Positions 48,656-57,730 of a DNA stretch of 64,000 nt are shown piece by piece. Under the pieces are notes generated by a model. The model was not told where the DNA came from and did not search any database. It saw only the letters and a list, made by a program, of their open reading frames with translations. The DNA comes from a virus, in the IMG/VR virus record IMGVR_UViG_3300021368_000004, positions 22,747 to 86,746 of that record, one strand, 5' to 3'. The number at the start of each line of letters is the position of its first letter. Within the stretch, counting starts at the first letter, position 1. A program made the translations under genes and the position numbers.

Positions 48656-49081
48656 TTATATCTCCACTCTTTCAACACCGTATGAACGAGTTTCTCCATC
48701 TTTAAGAAACTCAACTAAAGTCATTGTGTACTTGAATTCAAATCCCATCATAGCACACTCATAAACTTCACCTTGCTCGCTATGTGACCAAGCATTGTCA
48801 CTGTGCACGATGAAGTGATCACCCATCATAGAAGAACGTAAACCATAAAGCTCACCGTCAATTTCATGTAAAGGTGCAAGAACACGAACATTGTCGTTAT
48901 TGTCAGGATTGTCATAGAACTTCTTGCTCCATGAACCCATGATGTTTTGTGTCCATCTGTAAGCATATTCACAAGCTTCTGACTCTGATTTAATTTCAGC
49001 AGGAATTGTAACTTCTGCAACTCGAACTGCTTCTGATTCTGTGTCAGCAGGGTGGGGCATATGGATTACTGTAACTTTCAT
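48656..49081 (-). CDS. Hypothetical early protein (YR.TQN..GSWS ... RSS..GD)
   Basis: AAGGAG SD, behind an early promoter. Confidence 0.65.
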   Translation of the reverse strand: MKVTVIHMPHPADTESEAVRVAEVTIPAEIKSESEACEYAYRWTQNIMGSWSKKFYDNPDNNDNVRVLAPLHEIDGELYGLRSSMMGDHFIVHSDNAWSHSEQGEVYECAMMGFEFKYTMTLVEFLKDGETRSYGVERVEI

Positions 49082-49107
49082 GTTTTTCTCCTTCATGATA
49101 TAATTAT

Positions 49108-49136
49108 ATACTACACTAATCCTTATCAAATGTACA
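49108..49136 (-). promoter_or_regulatory. Early promoter TGTACA-17-TAGTAT; palindromic site at 49184-49199
   Basis: Consensus match. Confidence 0.75.
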
Positions 49137-49184
49137 CAGTTAATTTGCGGTTTTGCGCATTTTTTTTATATTTTAGTAAATGTG

Positions 49185-49385
49185 TTACATTTTTGTCACA
49201 CGTTCATTCCACTCCTTTTCAAAGCGTTCTCTACTATAAACCATTCTTTCATGGTTTCCCCATAGTCTTTTAAGATATGAATCTTTTATTTGTCTGACAG
49301 TTTCGTCAGAATAATTAGGATTTATTAAATGTCCTTTTACTGCGTAATGTAACTCATTCGCAAATTTCCTCTCTTCTTCGTCCAT
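49185..49385 (-). CDS. Hypothetical protein
   Basis: AGGAG SD. Confidence 0.55.
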   Translation of the reverse strand: MDEEERKFANELHYAVKGHLINPNYSDETVRQIKDSYLKRLWGNHERMVYSRERFEKEWNERVTKM

Positions 49386-49797
49386 TGCTCGCTCCTAAAT
49401 GTTTCGAGTGGACCTTCAGACCTATGAACTCATTATAATACATGGGATCAAATAGAACATCTCTATCAAATTGTTCTTTAGCTTCATAATAAGATAATTC
49501 ACCCTTAGACTTGCATAACCGCAATACTCTTCGAATGAACCTGTCGCCTCCATGAGCTTCGACTAAATTCTTTACTTCATCATTACTGCCATAGTAATCT
49601 TTCCAGTCAGATTCTTTTATTTGTGTTCGCTTACGTTTCTTACCTTTAAGTGGTGGCAATTTACGTTTTGACCACAATAACTTTTTACCGATGTATTTCT
49701 TACCATTGGATTTATCTTCTAGCTCATAAACAAAACCGACCCACGACGAGAGTTCATCGTGAGTCGGCTCAAATTTTTTATTATTAAAATACCACAT
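49354..49797 (-). CDS. GIY-YIG endonuclease (endonuclease II / DenA-like)
   Basis: GFVY......NGKKYIGKK, ESDW..YYGS, E...QF, YYN; downstream of nrdA. Confidence 0.8.
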   Translation of the reverse strand: MWYFNNKKFEPTHDELSSWVGFVYELEDKSNGKKYIGKKLLWSKRKLPPLKGKKRKRTQIKESDWKDYYGSNDEVKNLVEAHGGDRFIRRVLRLCKSKGELSYYEAKEQFDRDVLFDPMYYNEFIGLKVHSKHLGASNGRRREEICE

Positions 49798-49805
49798 GGT
49801 TCTAT

Positions 49806-49952
49806 TTATTCTTCGTCAAAGTACTCCTCATCGAGATCTATTGGAGCTCCACAAAGTGGGCAATGCTCTGGTATTTCATCTGAATTTAAAACTTCTACTA
49901 CTGTTCGACCGTCACAGACGGGGCACTCAATGTCATGATTTCTTTTTGGCAC
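49806..49952 (-). CDS. Small zinc-ribbon protein, 48 aa (CPVC...CPLCG)
   Basis: GTG start 3 nt after the nrdA stop; two CxxC; absent from the ORF track. Confidence 0.65.
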   Translation of the reverse strand: MPKRNHDIECPVCDGRTVVEVLNSDEIPEHCPLCGAPIDLDEEYFDEE

Positions 49953-49955
49953 TTT

Positions 49956-51602
49956 TTATGCCTCACACGCTGCACAGTTCATGATGTCACGAACTAGCTC
50001 CTGTGCGGGGTTAGCTGATCGCTGATAATAAAAAGTCTTCACACCTAGTTTCCATCCTTCGATGAGCAATGCGTTTACGTCTTTTGCTGATACATCTGGA
50101 TGGATTAATATATTGAGAGACTGTGCTTGATCAATGTGTTTTTGGCGAGCAGCTGCCTGTTGTACAATAATTAGTGGTGATATTTCAGAGAATGTTTTAA
50201 ATACATTCTTCTCATCTTCTGTTAGAAAGTCAAGATGCTGGACTGAACCACCACGCTTGAGAATAGAAACCCATGTTTCCTCATTGTCTTGTTCATACTT
50301 TGCAAGTACATCTTTGAGATATGGATTGCGATATGTGAATTTACCCTTAGCTAAATCTTTTGTAAAATAATTAGATGCAAGTGGTTCGATCGAAGGTGAC
50401 ACTTGACCTAGGATAAAAGATGACGATGTTGTGGGCGCAATGGCGGCGACCGTGAGGTTCCTCAGGCCATATCCTTTCATACCCTCGGGTTCGCCATACT
50501 TCTGTGCCATATCTTGAGATGCTTTAATAGATCGTTCTTTGATTGTCTTTGCAATCTCTGTATTCAACAACATTGCCTCAAATGATTCGAAAGCAATACC
50601 TTTTGATTGTAGATATGAATGCCAACCTAGTTGACCTAATCCGAGGGCACGCCAGCGTACGGCAAAGTTATGTGATGATTCCATAAACTGAATACCACGT
50701 GTCTTACGAATATATTCAGTCATAACGGCATCGAGAAATGTGATCATTGTCTCAACGGCATCAGTAAGTTTCCATTCATCATATGTCAATAGATTCATTG
50801 ATGCAAGGTTACAAACAAATGATTCATCTTCGGCTGATGGCAATGCAATCTCGGAACAGAGATTCGATGCCCAAATCGTACGTTCTTTATCTTTAAGTAC
50901 CTGAGGCTTATTGTTATTTACTGTATCTTTAAAAAACAAGTATGGATAACCAGACTCACGACGCTTACGTAAGACTCGTGCCCATATAGTTCGTTTGTCT
51001 GCATCTCCATCAATCATCGATTGCATCCACTCATCACTAATAGTAACTCCGAGTGATAGGTTCTGAATAGTTGAACCTTCTTCTCGTGTATCTAAAAACT
51101 CTAAAATGTCTGGTGATTCGATGTCTAGATATACAGCACAAGATCCTCGTCTCACATTACCCTGTGCAATAATATCTACTGTTGTTTCTAAGAGATTTGC
51201 AAAATGGACTGGACCGTCTGCCGTACCACCTGTATTGATTGCACTTCCACGTGAGCGGAGTGAACCAAGATACGCTGATGTACCAGCACCCATTTTTGTT
51301 TGCATACCAATCTCAGCAGTTTTGCCTAGGATCGATTCCATTCGATCTTCTACATAAACTCCATTACATGAGATAGGTAAACCCTTTGATGTACCAAAGT
51401 TAGACCACACAGGACTAGAAAGAGAATAGTATCCTCTTGCCATATAGTTATAAAATTTATCTGCGAAGTCATAATCGTTTAAAATATCAGCGGCTGCTTC
51501 TGCAATATCGCTAATACGTCTTTCGGCGGTCTTATCGCCATCGATGTACCCTCGGCTGAGAAAAGTGCGCGAGTCATCGTTAAGCCAAAAAAAGTCTTCC
51601 AT
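49956..51602 (-). CDS. nrdA: Class I ribonucleotide reductase alpha subunit (no ATP cone)
   Basis: PISC, RRG, SNLCSEI, CNLAS, IAPTTSSS, TFYY, C-terminal CAACE. Confidence 0.97.
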   Translation of the reverse strand: MEDFFWLNDDSRTFLSRGYIDGDKTAERRISDIAEAAADILNDYDFADKFYNYMARGYYSLSSPVWSNFGTSKGLPISCNGVYVEDRMESILGKTAEIGMQTKMGAGTSAYLGSLRSRGSAINTGGTADGPVHFANLLETTVDIIAQGNVRRGSCAVYLDIESPDILEFLDTREEGSTIQNLSLGVTISDEWMQSMIDGDADKRTIWARVLRKRRESGYPYLFFKDTVNNNKPQVLKDKERTIWASNLCSEIALPSAEDESFVCNLASMNLLTYDEWKLTDAVETMITFLDAVMTEYIRKTRGIQFMESSHNFAVRWRALGLGQLGWHSYLQSKGIAFESFEAMLLNTEIAKTIKERSIKASQDMAQKYGEPEGMKGYGLRNLTVAAIAPTTSSSFILGQVSPSIEPLASNYFTKDLAKGKFTYRNPYLKDVLAKYEQDNEETWVSILKRGGSVQHLDFLTEDEKNVFKTFSEISPLIIVQQAAARQKHIDQAQSLNILIHPDVSAKDVNALLIEGWKLGVKTFYYQRSANPAQELVRDIMNCAACEA

Positions 51603-51611
51603 AATATTTCC

Positions 51612-52583
51612 TTAAAATAAGTCGTCGGCTGATATACCTTGACCTTTTGCATATTCAACAGGACGCTTCTGAAAGAAGTCAGTCATGTTGGCACCATATA
51701 GTTCTTCATCAAACCAGAACGTTTTATCTATGTGTGCCTGATCATATACAATCTCACTATTGTCAAAGCCAATCTGATCTAGCGAATCCGCCATACGCTT
51801 GGCAATGAATGATTTCAAAATAGGTGCACTTAAACCATCAACCTCATAATCTCCCATGATCCAGTCAATTACTTTGCTTTCGGCTTTTAGTGATTCAATA
51901 CACTCATGTTGAATGCGATCCTGAAGTTCTTGATCGAACAACTCAGGATATTCTTCACGTAATGTCTGAATCAGTTTGATGCCAACTTGAGCATGTAACA
52001 TTTCTTCATTACGTGTATATTGTACTTGTTGAGCACAATCTTTCATGACAGCTTTATTGCGGTTCATATGCATGATGATATAAAACTGACTGAATAGACT
52101 TACGTTCTCAACGAACAATGTGAATAGAATAATAGAATAGACGTATTGCTTCTTGTCATCTTCGTAATGCTTCTCAAGATATTTACGTAGATAATCTACA
52201 CGCCCGCGGATCACCTTTTCGTTTAGGTTCTCTTCGAATACATGTGTTAAATGCAATACTTCTAAAATCTTTTCGTATGCCAAGTTATGGATAACTTCTG
52301 AGTTAGCCATGGCATAACCAAGATCTTTAATTGATGGGTGAGGTAAATGTTTACCAACGTCTGCCCAAAAACTTTTCACCGCAATCTCAATCTGTCCAAT
52401 AGCAGACATAGTCTTTACTATTACTTCTTGTTCTTGTTTAGTTAAGTCTGTTTTAAATTGAGAATAGTCTGAACGGAAATTAAATTCGTCGGGTGTCCAG
52501 AACCCTTTCCAGATTGCATCGATGAACTGCTTCGTCCACGGATAGAGATCTGGTTTGCGTGCGATCTGTTCTTGAAATAGCAT
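51612..52583 (-). CDS. nrdB: Class I ribonucleotide reductase beta subunit (class Id-like)
   Basis: FWTPDE, QIEIAVK, EVIHNLAY, ENVSLFSQF, EEMLH, DFF.KRPVEY. Confidence 0.95.
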   Translation of the reverse strand: MLFQEQIARKPDLYPWTKQFIDAIWKGFWTPDEFNFRSDYSQFKTDLTKQEQEVIVKTMSAIGQIEIAVKSFWADVGKHLPHPSIKDLGYAMANSEVIHNLAYEKILEVLHLTHVFEENLNEKVIRGRVDYLRKYLEKHYEDDKKQYVYSIILFTLFVENVSLFSQFYIIMHMNRNKAVMKDCAQQVQYTRNEEMLHAQVGIKLIQTLREEYPELFDQELQDRIQHECIESLKAESKVIDWIMGDYEVDGLSAPILKSFIAKRMADSLDQIGFDNSEIVYDQAHIDKTFWFDEELYGANMTDFFQKRPVEYAKGQGISADDLF

Positions 52584-52605
52584 GCGATACTCCATCTAAG
52601 CATAA

Positions 52606-52645
52606 GGAATTGCCCCCGCAAAATCGGCCGATTAAGCGGCATTCC
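52606..52645 (-). promoter_or_regulatory. GC-rich hairpin in the nrdB 5' leader
   Basis: GGAAT..GCCGC..AATCGGCCGATT..GCGG..GGC..ATTCC. Confidence 0.45.
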
Positions 52646-52673
52646 AGGTTTTAATTGTTTTTGATTATGTGAT

Positions 52674-52702
52674 ATTATATATCAGATTGCAAATCTTGTA
52701 AA
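52674..52702 (-). promoter_or_regulatory. Early promoter TTTACA-17-TATAAT for nrdBA, with an upstream stem-loop at 52700-52721
   Basis: T4 early-like GTTTACA -35. Confidence 0.75.
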
Positions 52703-52756
52703 CAGCTAAATCTAGCTGTTTTGAAAAAAAATATACATTATTTTGTAAAAAAAATT

Positions 52757-53134
52757 TTATTCTTTTTCTTCTTCTACCGGTTCAGGTTCGGTAGGAGTTA
52801 CGGCTTCTTCGTAATATGCAATGATAGATTGTTGTTGCTTAATGTAACGACGTAGATCGCCAATGCCTATGGAAAGATTCTCATAACCTTTAGGTGTGAT
52901 AGCAATAAATACTACGTTGCCGGTTTTCTCACGAACCTCGGCAAGTTTCTCTTCTAGGTTTTCTTCTGTAATGACAAACCAATCGACAGGTGGCATTTCA
53001 ACTTTAGCAGGACGTTCTTGAACCGGTATGGTCTTCTCAACGTACTCAGTCGTTACCACTACCTCCGGCTCCACTGTCCTCCCCAGACACCCCGCCAGTA
53101 GTATCGGGCTCATCAGAAGGACGGGTAGTTTCAT
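52757..53134 (-). CDS. Outer-membrane spanin lipoprotein (Rz1-like)
   Basis: Lipobox LLAGC, Pro-rich, YENLS...L.RYI.QQ..II.YY; overlaps the i-spanin. Confidence 0.8.
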   Translation of the reverse strand: MKLPVLLMSPILLAGCLGRTVEPEVVVTTEYVEKTIPVQERPAKVEMPPVDWFVITEENLEEKLAEVREKTGNVVFIAITPKGYENLSIGIGDLRRYIKQQQSIIAYYEEAVTPTEPEPVEEEKE

Positions 53135-53495
53135 TTTCGATACGATCGATGAGCCTACCAACTGCTCTGTCAATTCTATCTTCGAGTCCTTGTGCATCTG
53201 TTAATGCCTCCATAGTCAAATCAATTTTAGCAAAGACACCACGTAATTTGTTCAAATGTTCATTTGATGCTTGTAGTCTCTTTGATAAATCTCTGTTAAG
53301 TTTTTCGTTCTTCTCAGCATCAGCCTTCATAGTGTTTACAGTATTCTGTAATGTCTCAGCAGCTGATTTTAGCTTTACATTGTTTTCTCTCAATGTATTC
53401 ATAGTTTCTTGTGACCATAGGTAATAGCTATAACCACCATAGCCTACGCCACCGAGTAAAGAAACAAGTATAAAAAATAAATAAATCTTAGCCAT
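53046..53495 (-). CDS. Inner-membrane spanin (Rz-like)
   Basis: N-terminal TM plus coiled coil, overlapping the lipoprotein gene. Confidence 0.8.
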   Translation of the reverse strand: MAKIYLFFILVSLLGGVGYGGYSYYLWSQETMNTLRENNVKLKSAAETLQNTVNTMKADAEKNEKLNRDLSKRLQASNEHLNKLRGVFAKIDLTMEALTDAQGLEDRIDRAVGRLIDRIENETTRPSDEPDTTGGVSGEDSGAGGSGND

Positions 53496-53670
53496 TTTGT
53501 TGATGTATATAGTCTCTAAAACGTTTTAGTAAGACTGTCCTTTTCTTTGATCGTCTATCAGTTACGTTAATAGGTTTGAAAGCTTTACGAGCATGTGGTG
53601 CTAAGTCTACTCCACCGTGCGCTACTGAATTAGTAGGTGCATCTTCTTCCATTTCTTTTTTCTTCTTCAT
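53488..53670 (-). CDS. Small hypothetical protein (EEDAPTNSV)
   Basis: Motif common in T4-like marine phages. Confidence 0.6.
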   Translation of the reverse strand: MKKKKEMEEDAPTNSVAHGGVDLAPHARKAFKPINVTDRRSKKRTVLLKRFRDYIHQQNG

Positions 53671-54224
53671 TTCGATATCTCCGAAACAGTAAAGTATATT
53701 TTTCTTTGAGTACGCTGATGTACACCTTCATAGATATCCAGTCCGGCAACATCTCCTACTGGAAAGCAATCATCTAAAATACGAATCTTATCTTTTCTTT
53801 TTACAAGCATTTCATGAGATTCGTTTAGCATTTTATCATTTAACACATGATAAACGCCTGGTGATATTTGTTTTTCGTCTAGCATAAACCACTGAGAATT
53901 TTCGTTGATTAGGTCCAATGGATCGATACCTGATTCTTCGAGAGCTCTCTCAGGGTTTACGCCATACTTTTCTTTTAATAAGAACAGAGCGGAAGCGAAG
54001 GAACCGACTTTACCGCCTGGTATTAATTTTTTTATATTATAAACTAGTCTATGGAATAATGTATACGCACCTTTTTCTGCTGATGTTTCGGGACTTCTTA
54101 ATTTTTTACCCTTAGCATCGATAAGACCCATCTTAAACGCCTTGGTCTTATCAAACGAAGTCGTTAAAAGTTTTAAAAATCTAATCGTATATACCAGATC
54201 TCCGGCACGTGTCAATATGGGCAT
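53667..54224 (-). CDS. Conserved T4-like hypothetical protein
   Basis: Y..RFLKLL...F....A...GLID..G, AYT.FHRLV.NIK. Confidence 0.75.
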   Translation of the reverse strand: MPILTRAGDLVYTIRFLKLLTTSFDKTKAFKMGLIDAKGKKLRSPETSAEKGAYTLFHRLVYNIKKLIPGGKVGSFASALFLLKEKYGVNPERALEESGIDPLDLINENSQWFMLDEKQISPGVYHVLNDKMLNESHEMLVKRKDKIRILDDCFPVGDVAGLDIYEGVHQRTQRKIYFTVSEISK

Positions 54225-54586
54225 CAGATTTTCCTTAACGCTTCGATTGCATTCTTATCCATTTTAATATCTACCATCTGAGTATCCGTTATATGTCTAA
54301 GGAATACTAAGAATGGTTTTATTACTTCTAGTTGTTCTTTATTCATCTTAAATAATAAAATATTCAAGGCTGCTTCGATACCAAATACGTTGAAGATAAC
54401 TATAACATGATTTAGTATCAAGCGATCAGATAATTGACCTGTTTCTAAGTATCGGTTAACTAACCGCTTGATGTATTTAAACCTGTTAAGGTCCTCGTTA
54501 AACTCTTCAGCATCTATTCCTAATGGACTATAATAATTCTTGGCCGCATATAGGAACAAGTTCGCATCATTTAATTCAATTTTCAT
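54224..54586 (-). CDS. Conserved T4-like hypothetical protein
   Basis: EEF.EDL.RFKYIKRL..RY...G.L..RLILNH. Confidence 0.75.
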   Translation of the reverse strand: MKIELNDANLFLYAAKNYYSPLGIDAEEFNEDLNRFKYIKRLVNRYLETGQLSDRLILNHVIVIFNVFGIEAALNILLFKMNKEQLEVIKPFLVFLRHITDTQMVDIKMDKNAIEALRKI

Positions 54587-54589
54587 TTT

Positions 54590-54901
54590 CTACGTCTTTT
54601 TCAATATACCTTTCATTGTATTTATTAACGTAGTTTTTGTTTTACGGCGGTCTAGTTCTACACCATTTTCTCGACCAAGTTCTTCTAGTTCCACTTTAGT
54701 CATGCTTTCTAGATCGCCTTCGTTTAATGTTTCAAGTGTTGGGGCTGGAGCCGGATCGGCTTCGGTCAACGTTTGTTCACCTTGCGCTGCTGTCCACTCA
54801 TCGATTTCTTCTTGAGTAAAATCCCAACGCACCATAATCCGACCATCTTCCCGCATCCACCCTCGTAGCGTGGGTACGCAATCTGCTGGTCCTGATATCA
54901 T
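54590..54901 (-). CDS. Protein with C-terminal Rho-N/HeH-like domain
   Basis: LESMTKVELEELGRENGVELDRRKTK..LI. Confidence 0.65.
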   Translation of the reverse strand: MISGPADCVPTLRGWMREDGRIMVRWDFTQEEIDEWTAAQGEQTLTEADPAPAPTLETLNEGDLESMTKVELEELGRENGVELDRRKTKTTLINTMKGILKKT

Positions 54902-55716
54902 TATTTGTCCTCTACTTTTTTCATAGTTTCGGCTTTAGCAGCCTTTTTATTTACTTCGTCTTTTGCCTGATTAGGCACAGTTCTCATAAGATCTTGTTGA
55001 TTCTTAGCAACAACCTTTGCAGCATCAACTGCATCATCAGGTACTTGATTACCTTCATGATCTTTAATCCATTGAGCAGCGGCTGCAGAAATATGATCTT
55101 GACTTTGATTTACCGTATCAGCTGTATCGTCTTTTAATTTCTTATCTGCAGGAATCATTTGCTCAGGTGGAACGGCATTCTGATTAACCACATTCTTTTC
55201 CATGATTCGCTGATAGATCGGCCATTTAGTTTCTTCATTTTTATGCATCATTTCACGTGTACACTTCTTGACCTCAGAAACACTGCAACCATATTTCTCA
55301 GCAGCCATTTCATACGAACACTTTGAGTCATTCATATACATCTTAGCAGCTTTAATAATATGAGCACCGTATCCTTCTTGAGCCATATTACTATCTGAGC
55401 TCATAGCTTTTTCACCTTTTTCCTTTTTCTTCTTAGGATTCATAACCACTTCTTCATCTTCATTTTGGGATTTTTTCTCTTTCATGTGATAGCCTTTGTT
55501 ATCACAATGATCACATCCCTCACCTTTACATTTTGGACATTCAACCTTATCATGGCTGTCTTCGTCCATCTTTTTCTTTTTGCGCATCATAGCGAAATCA
55601 GTTCCGTCGATGTCACCATCTCCGTCTTTGTCTAATTTCTTCTGACCACCTTTTAATTTTTCTTGGACTTGCTGGTAAGCCTGCCCAATGCTTTCGATAT
55701 ATTTTTTATTTTCCAT
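54901..55716 (-). CDS. Mosaic charged protein, probable internal head/core protein
   Basis: LKGGQKKLDKDGDGDIDGTDF EF-like module, CPKCKGEGCDHC Zn finger, HTH-like segment; late promoter at 55792. Confidence 0.55.
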   Translation of the reverse strand: MENKKYIESIGQAYQQVQEKLKGGQKKLDKDGDGDIDGTDFAMMRKKKKMDEDSHDKVECPKCKGEGCDHCDNKGYHMKEKKSQNEDEEVVMNPKKKKEKGEKAMSSDSNMAQEGYGAHIIKAAKMYMNDSKCSYEMAAEKYGCSVSEVKKCTREMMHKNEETKWPIYQRIMEKNVVNQNAVPPEQMIPADKKLKDDTADTVNQSQDHISAAAAQWIKDHEGNQVPDDAVDAAKVVAKNQQDLMRTVPNQAKDEVNKKAAKAETMKKVEDK

Positions 55717-55729
55717 TGGTTCCTTCCTT

Positions 55730-56008
55730 TTACATCCATATTTGGGCGGCTATGGCGCCGGCGGCTGCCACTATGGCAATCCAGAATAATTTATTTATAA
55801 CACGAATTGTGTGAGCGTTATCACCAACCGTTTTTTCTATTGCATCTAACTTTTCTGAAAACTTATTCATACGTTCCCATGAGTTAGTACGATACTCATT
55901 ATAAGTATCCATCTTCTCTTCAAACCTGGCAATAGCAACAAGTGCTTCACCTAGTTTATCTAATTTTTGTTCTATGCGATCAAGTCGCTTACCAGTTGCT
56001 TCGGCCAT
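55730..56008 (-). CDS. Coiled-coil protein with C-terminal TM helix
   Basis: RLDRIE.KLDKL; hydrophobic C-terminus. Confidence 0.65.
   Translation of the reverse strand: MAEATGKRLDRIEQKLDKLGEALVAIARFEEKMDTYNEYRTNSWERMNKFSEKLDAIEKTVGDNAHTIRVINKLFWIAIVAAAGAIAAQIWM
55792..55799 (-). promoter_or_regulatory. T4-type late promoter TATAAATA
   Basis: Exact match 76 nt upstream of the gene at 55716. Confidence 0.55.
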
Positions 56009-56628
56009 TAGCACTTCCACCTTCTTCGTGCAGCTTTACCTCTTTCACCTGTCCAACCCCGTGATCTAGCACAGAAAGACTTACGTCTCTTTGCATCCTT
56101 ACTACCGCGTTTTACTTTACCGGTTACTGCTGTTTGTAATTTACTTCCAGGGTTTTTTGCACGGAAAGCTGCGACTCCCTTTTTAGTCATACCAGCGCCG
56201 TCTTTAGTCGATAGAAAGTTACCACTCTTTTTAGAAGTGCTAATAGGATTTGAGTCTCTATCTTCTTTACGAATTAGTTTATTATCATTTCTTGAAATGC
56301 GATGTAACTGAGCTGTACCTTTCTTAGATCGAACTATATGTACAGGCTTCTTTTCTTTATCTTCGTTCTTCTTATCAAGTTTCTTACGAAGATCTTTTAA
56401 ACTCATCTTCAATTTATCTTTATCTACACCAACGTTCTTATTAATACCAGTCTTTGTAATATTCTTCATGCTTAATGAAAGTTCATCAAGATCACCTTCT
56501 TTGATACCAACTTTTTTCATAAGCATCCCCATTGCTTTTTCCATATCTTTATTATCAAGCTTTTTATCAAGCTTGGCTACTTCTTTATCGAGAGCGGCTA
56601 TTTGATCTGGATTCAGTGACTTTGGCAT
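56008..56628 (-). CDS. Lys-rich protein with C-terminal RRKSFCAR domain
   Basis: G.T.KG....R..NPGSKL..AV...RRKSFCAR...W.C. Confidence 0.65.
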   Translation of the reverse strand: MPKSLNPDQIAALDKEVAKLDKKLDNKDMEKAMGMLMKKVGIKEGDLDELSLSMKNITKTGINKNVGVDKDKLKMSLKDLRKKLDKKNEDKEKKPVHIVRSKKGTAQLHRISRNDNKLIRKEDRDSNPISTSKKSGNFLSTKDGAGMTKKGVAAFRAKNPGSKLQTAVTGKVKRGSKDAKRRKSFCARSRGWTGERGKAARRRWKC

Positions 56629-56629
56629 A

Positions 56630-57481
56630 TTATTTCTTCTTATCGTAACCGTGGAATTTACGGAACTGACGAACACCTTTTCTATCTGACATTGCCATAC
56701 CCGCTGCTCTTTTACGAAGAGTATTCTTTTCTTTATCTATGTCATCACCCTTACCACGTACAATCTTAGCTGTAGCAGAGTTACGAGCTCTATCCATTGA
56801 GTACTTAGCTTTTTGACGATAGCTCATATGATCCTTATCTTTATCAAGAACTTCGTTTTTCTCAGGTGGTTTCTTTTTAAATGTATCTAAACCTTTACCA
56901 GCCATACGATCAGGCTTACTAGACTGAGATGTCGCAATACGTTTCATTGCTCCTTCATTCTTCATATCATCTTTAGATGGTATTCTGAATGGTGCTTTCT
57001 TCAGAGTAACGGCTTTCTTACCTTTTTCAGATGATTGTGCAGACTTTGCAAGTTTCTTCATCAAAGCAGCGTTTTGATTTTCATTCTTAGGTACACAATT
57101 AGGTACCATCTTGCCACCTTTTTTCTTCATTCCAACCTGCTTATGAGTATCCCAACATGCTTCGTTAGGACCTGGATTAGTAGACTTCTTAGCAACTGCT
57201 TTATCTCTTTTAAGCATCTTTGCAATTTTTGCCAGCTTTTCTTTATCATTATCTTTCATTTTAAAGTCTTTAGGCGTAATGATAGTACCTTCTTTATTCA
57301 TCTTCTTTACCTCGTCTGCTTTAGCTGTAGCGGCACCATGTCGGTACTTAATTTGGTGGGGCATTTTATTATGTGGCTTTACGTTTACACGACCATCTTT
57401 ATGTACGTGTATTACTTTATGAGCATCACCTTTATGTGGTCCTCGTGTAACTGTAACAGTATCCCCTACCTTATGTGCCAT
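56630..57481 (-). CDS. Lys-rich modular protein (KOW-like N-terminus, CW...VPNCV module)
   Basis: KVGDTVTVTRGPHKG; ACWDTHKQVGMKKKGGKMVPNCVPK; repeated NE junctions. Confidence 0.65.
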   Translation of the reverse strand: MAHKVGDTVTVTRGPHKGDAHKVIHVHKDGRVNVKPHNKMPHQIKYRHGAATAKADEVKKMNKEGTIITPKDFKMKDNDKEKLAKIAKMLKRDKAVAKKSTNPGPNEACWDTHKQVGMKKKGGKMVPNCVPKNENQNAALMKKLAKSAQSSEKGKKAVTLKKAPFRIPSKDDMKNEGAMKRIATSQSSKPDRMAGKGLDTFKKKPPEKNEVLDKDKDHMSYRQKAKYSMDRARNSATAKIVRGKGDDIDKEKNTLRKRAAGMAMSDRKGVRQFRKFHGYDKKK

Positions 57482-57484
57482 TTT

Positions 57485-57730
57485 TTATCCCTTTACCTTT
57501 GCCGCAAGGTCTTTATCTGCTCCGCCCCACGTTCCTGATGATTTTGTTGTGAATGAATTAACTCTAGCCATAGCCCACTGTTGTGGAGTAGTGCCCGGTC
57601 TGTGACCTGTTTTCCATGCAGCCATACCTCTATTGTATACCTGCTTTAGTACACTCAATGGCATGCCTGTTTTCTTAGCTTTATTCTTCAAGCCTTCGTT
57701 TTCAGTGATGTACTGGCTAAACTTAATCAT
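57485..57730 (-). CDS. Small basic protein with CTS-like N-terminus (VY.RG..AW..GHRPG.T..QWA.ARVNSF)
   Basis: Start moved to MIKFSQYITE. Confidence 0.7.
   Translation of the reverse strand: MIKFSQYITENEGLKNKAKKTGMPLSVLKQVYNRGMAAWKTGHRPGTTPQQWAMARVNSFTTKSSGTWGGADKDLAAKVKG

Noticed and set aside
38352-49199. TGTTAC-N5-TGTCAC sites as Pho boxes
   Set aside because: The other copies are clearly inverted repeats (GTGACA-N4-TGTCAC), lie far upstream of the -35, and precede genes unrelated to phosphate; not fully excluded
49354-49797. GIY-YIG gene beside nrdA as a homing endonuclease or intron
   Set aside because: nrdA and nrdB are uninterrupted, and the protein is short with no DNA-binding extension; its position matches T4 denA
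52604-52625. AAGGAA-TTGCCCCCGCAA resembles part of a cobalamin riboswitch near an RNR gene
   Set aside because: It lies on the antisense strand relative to nrdB, the region is too short and there is no B12 box; it is better explained as one arm of the leader hairpin
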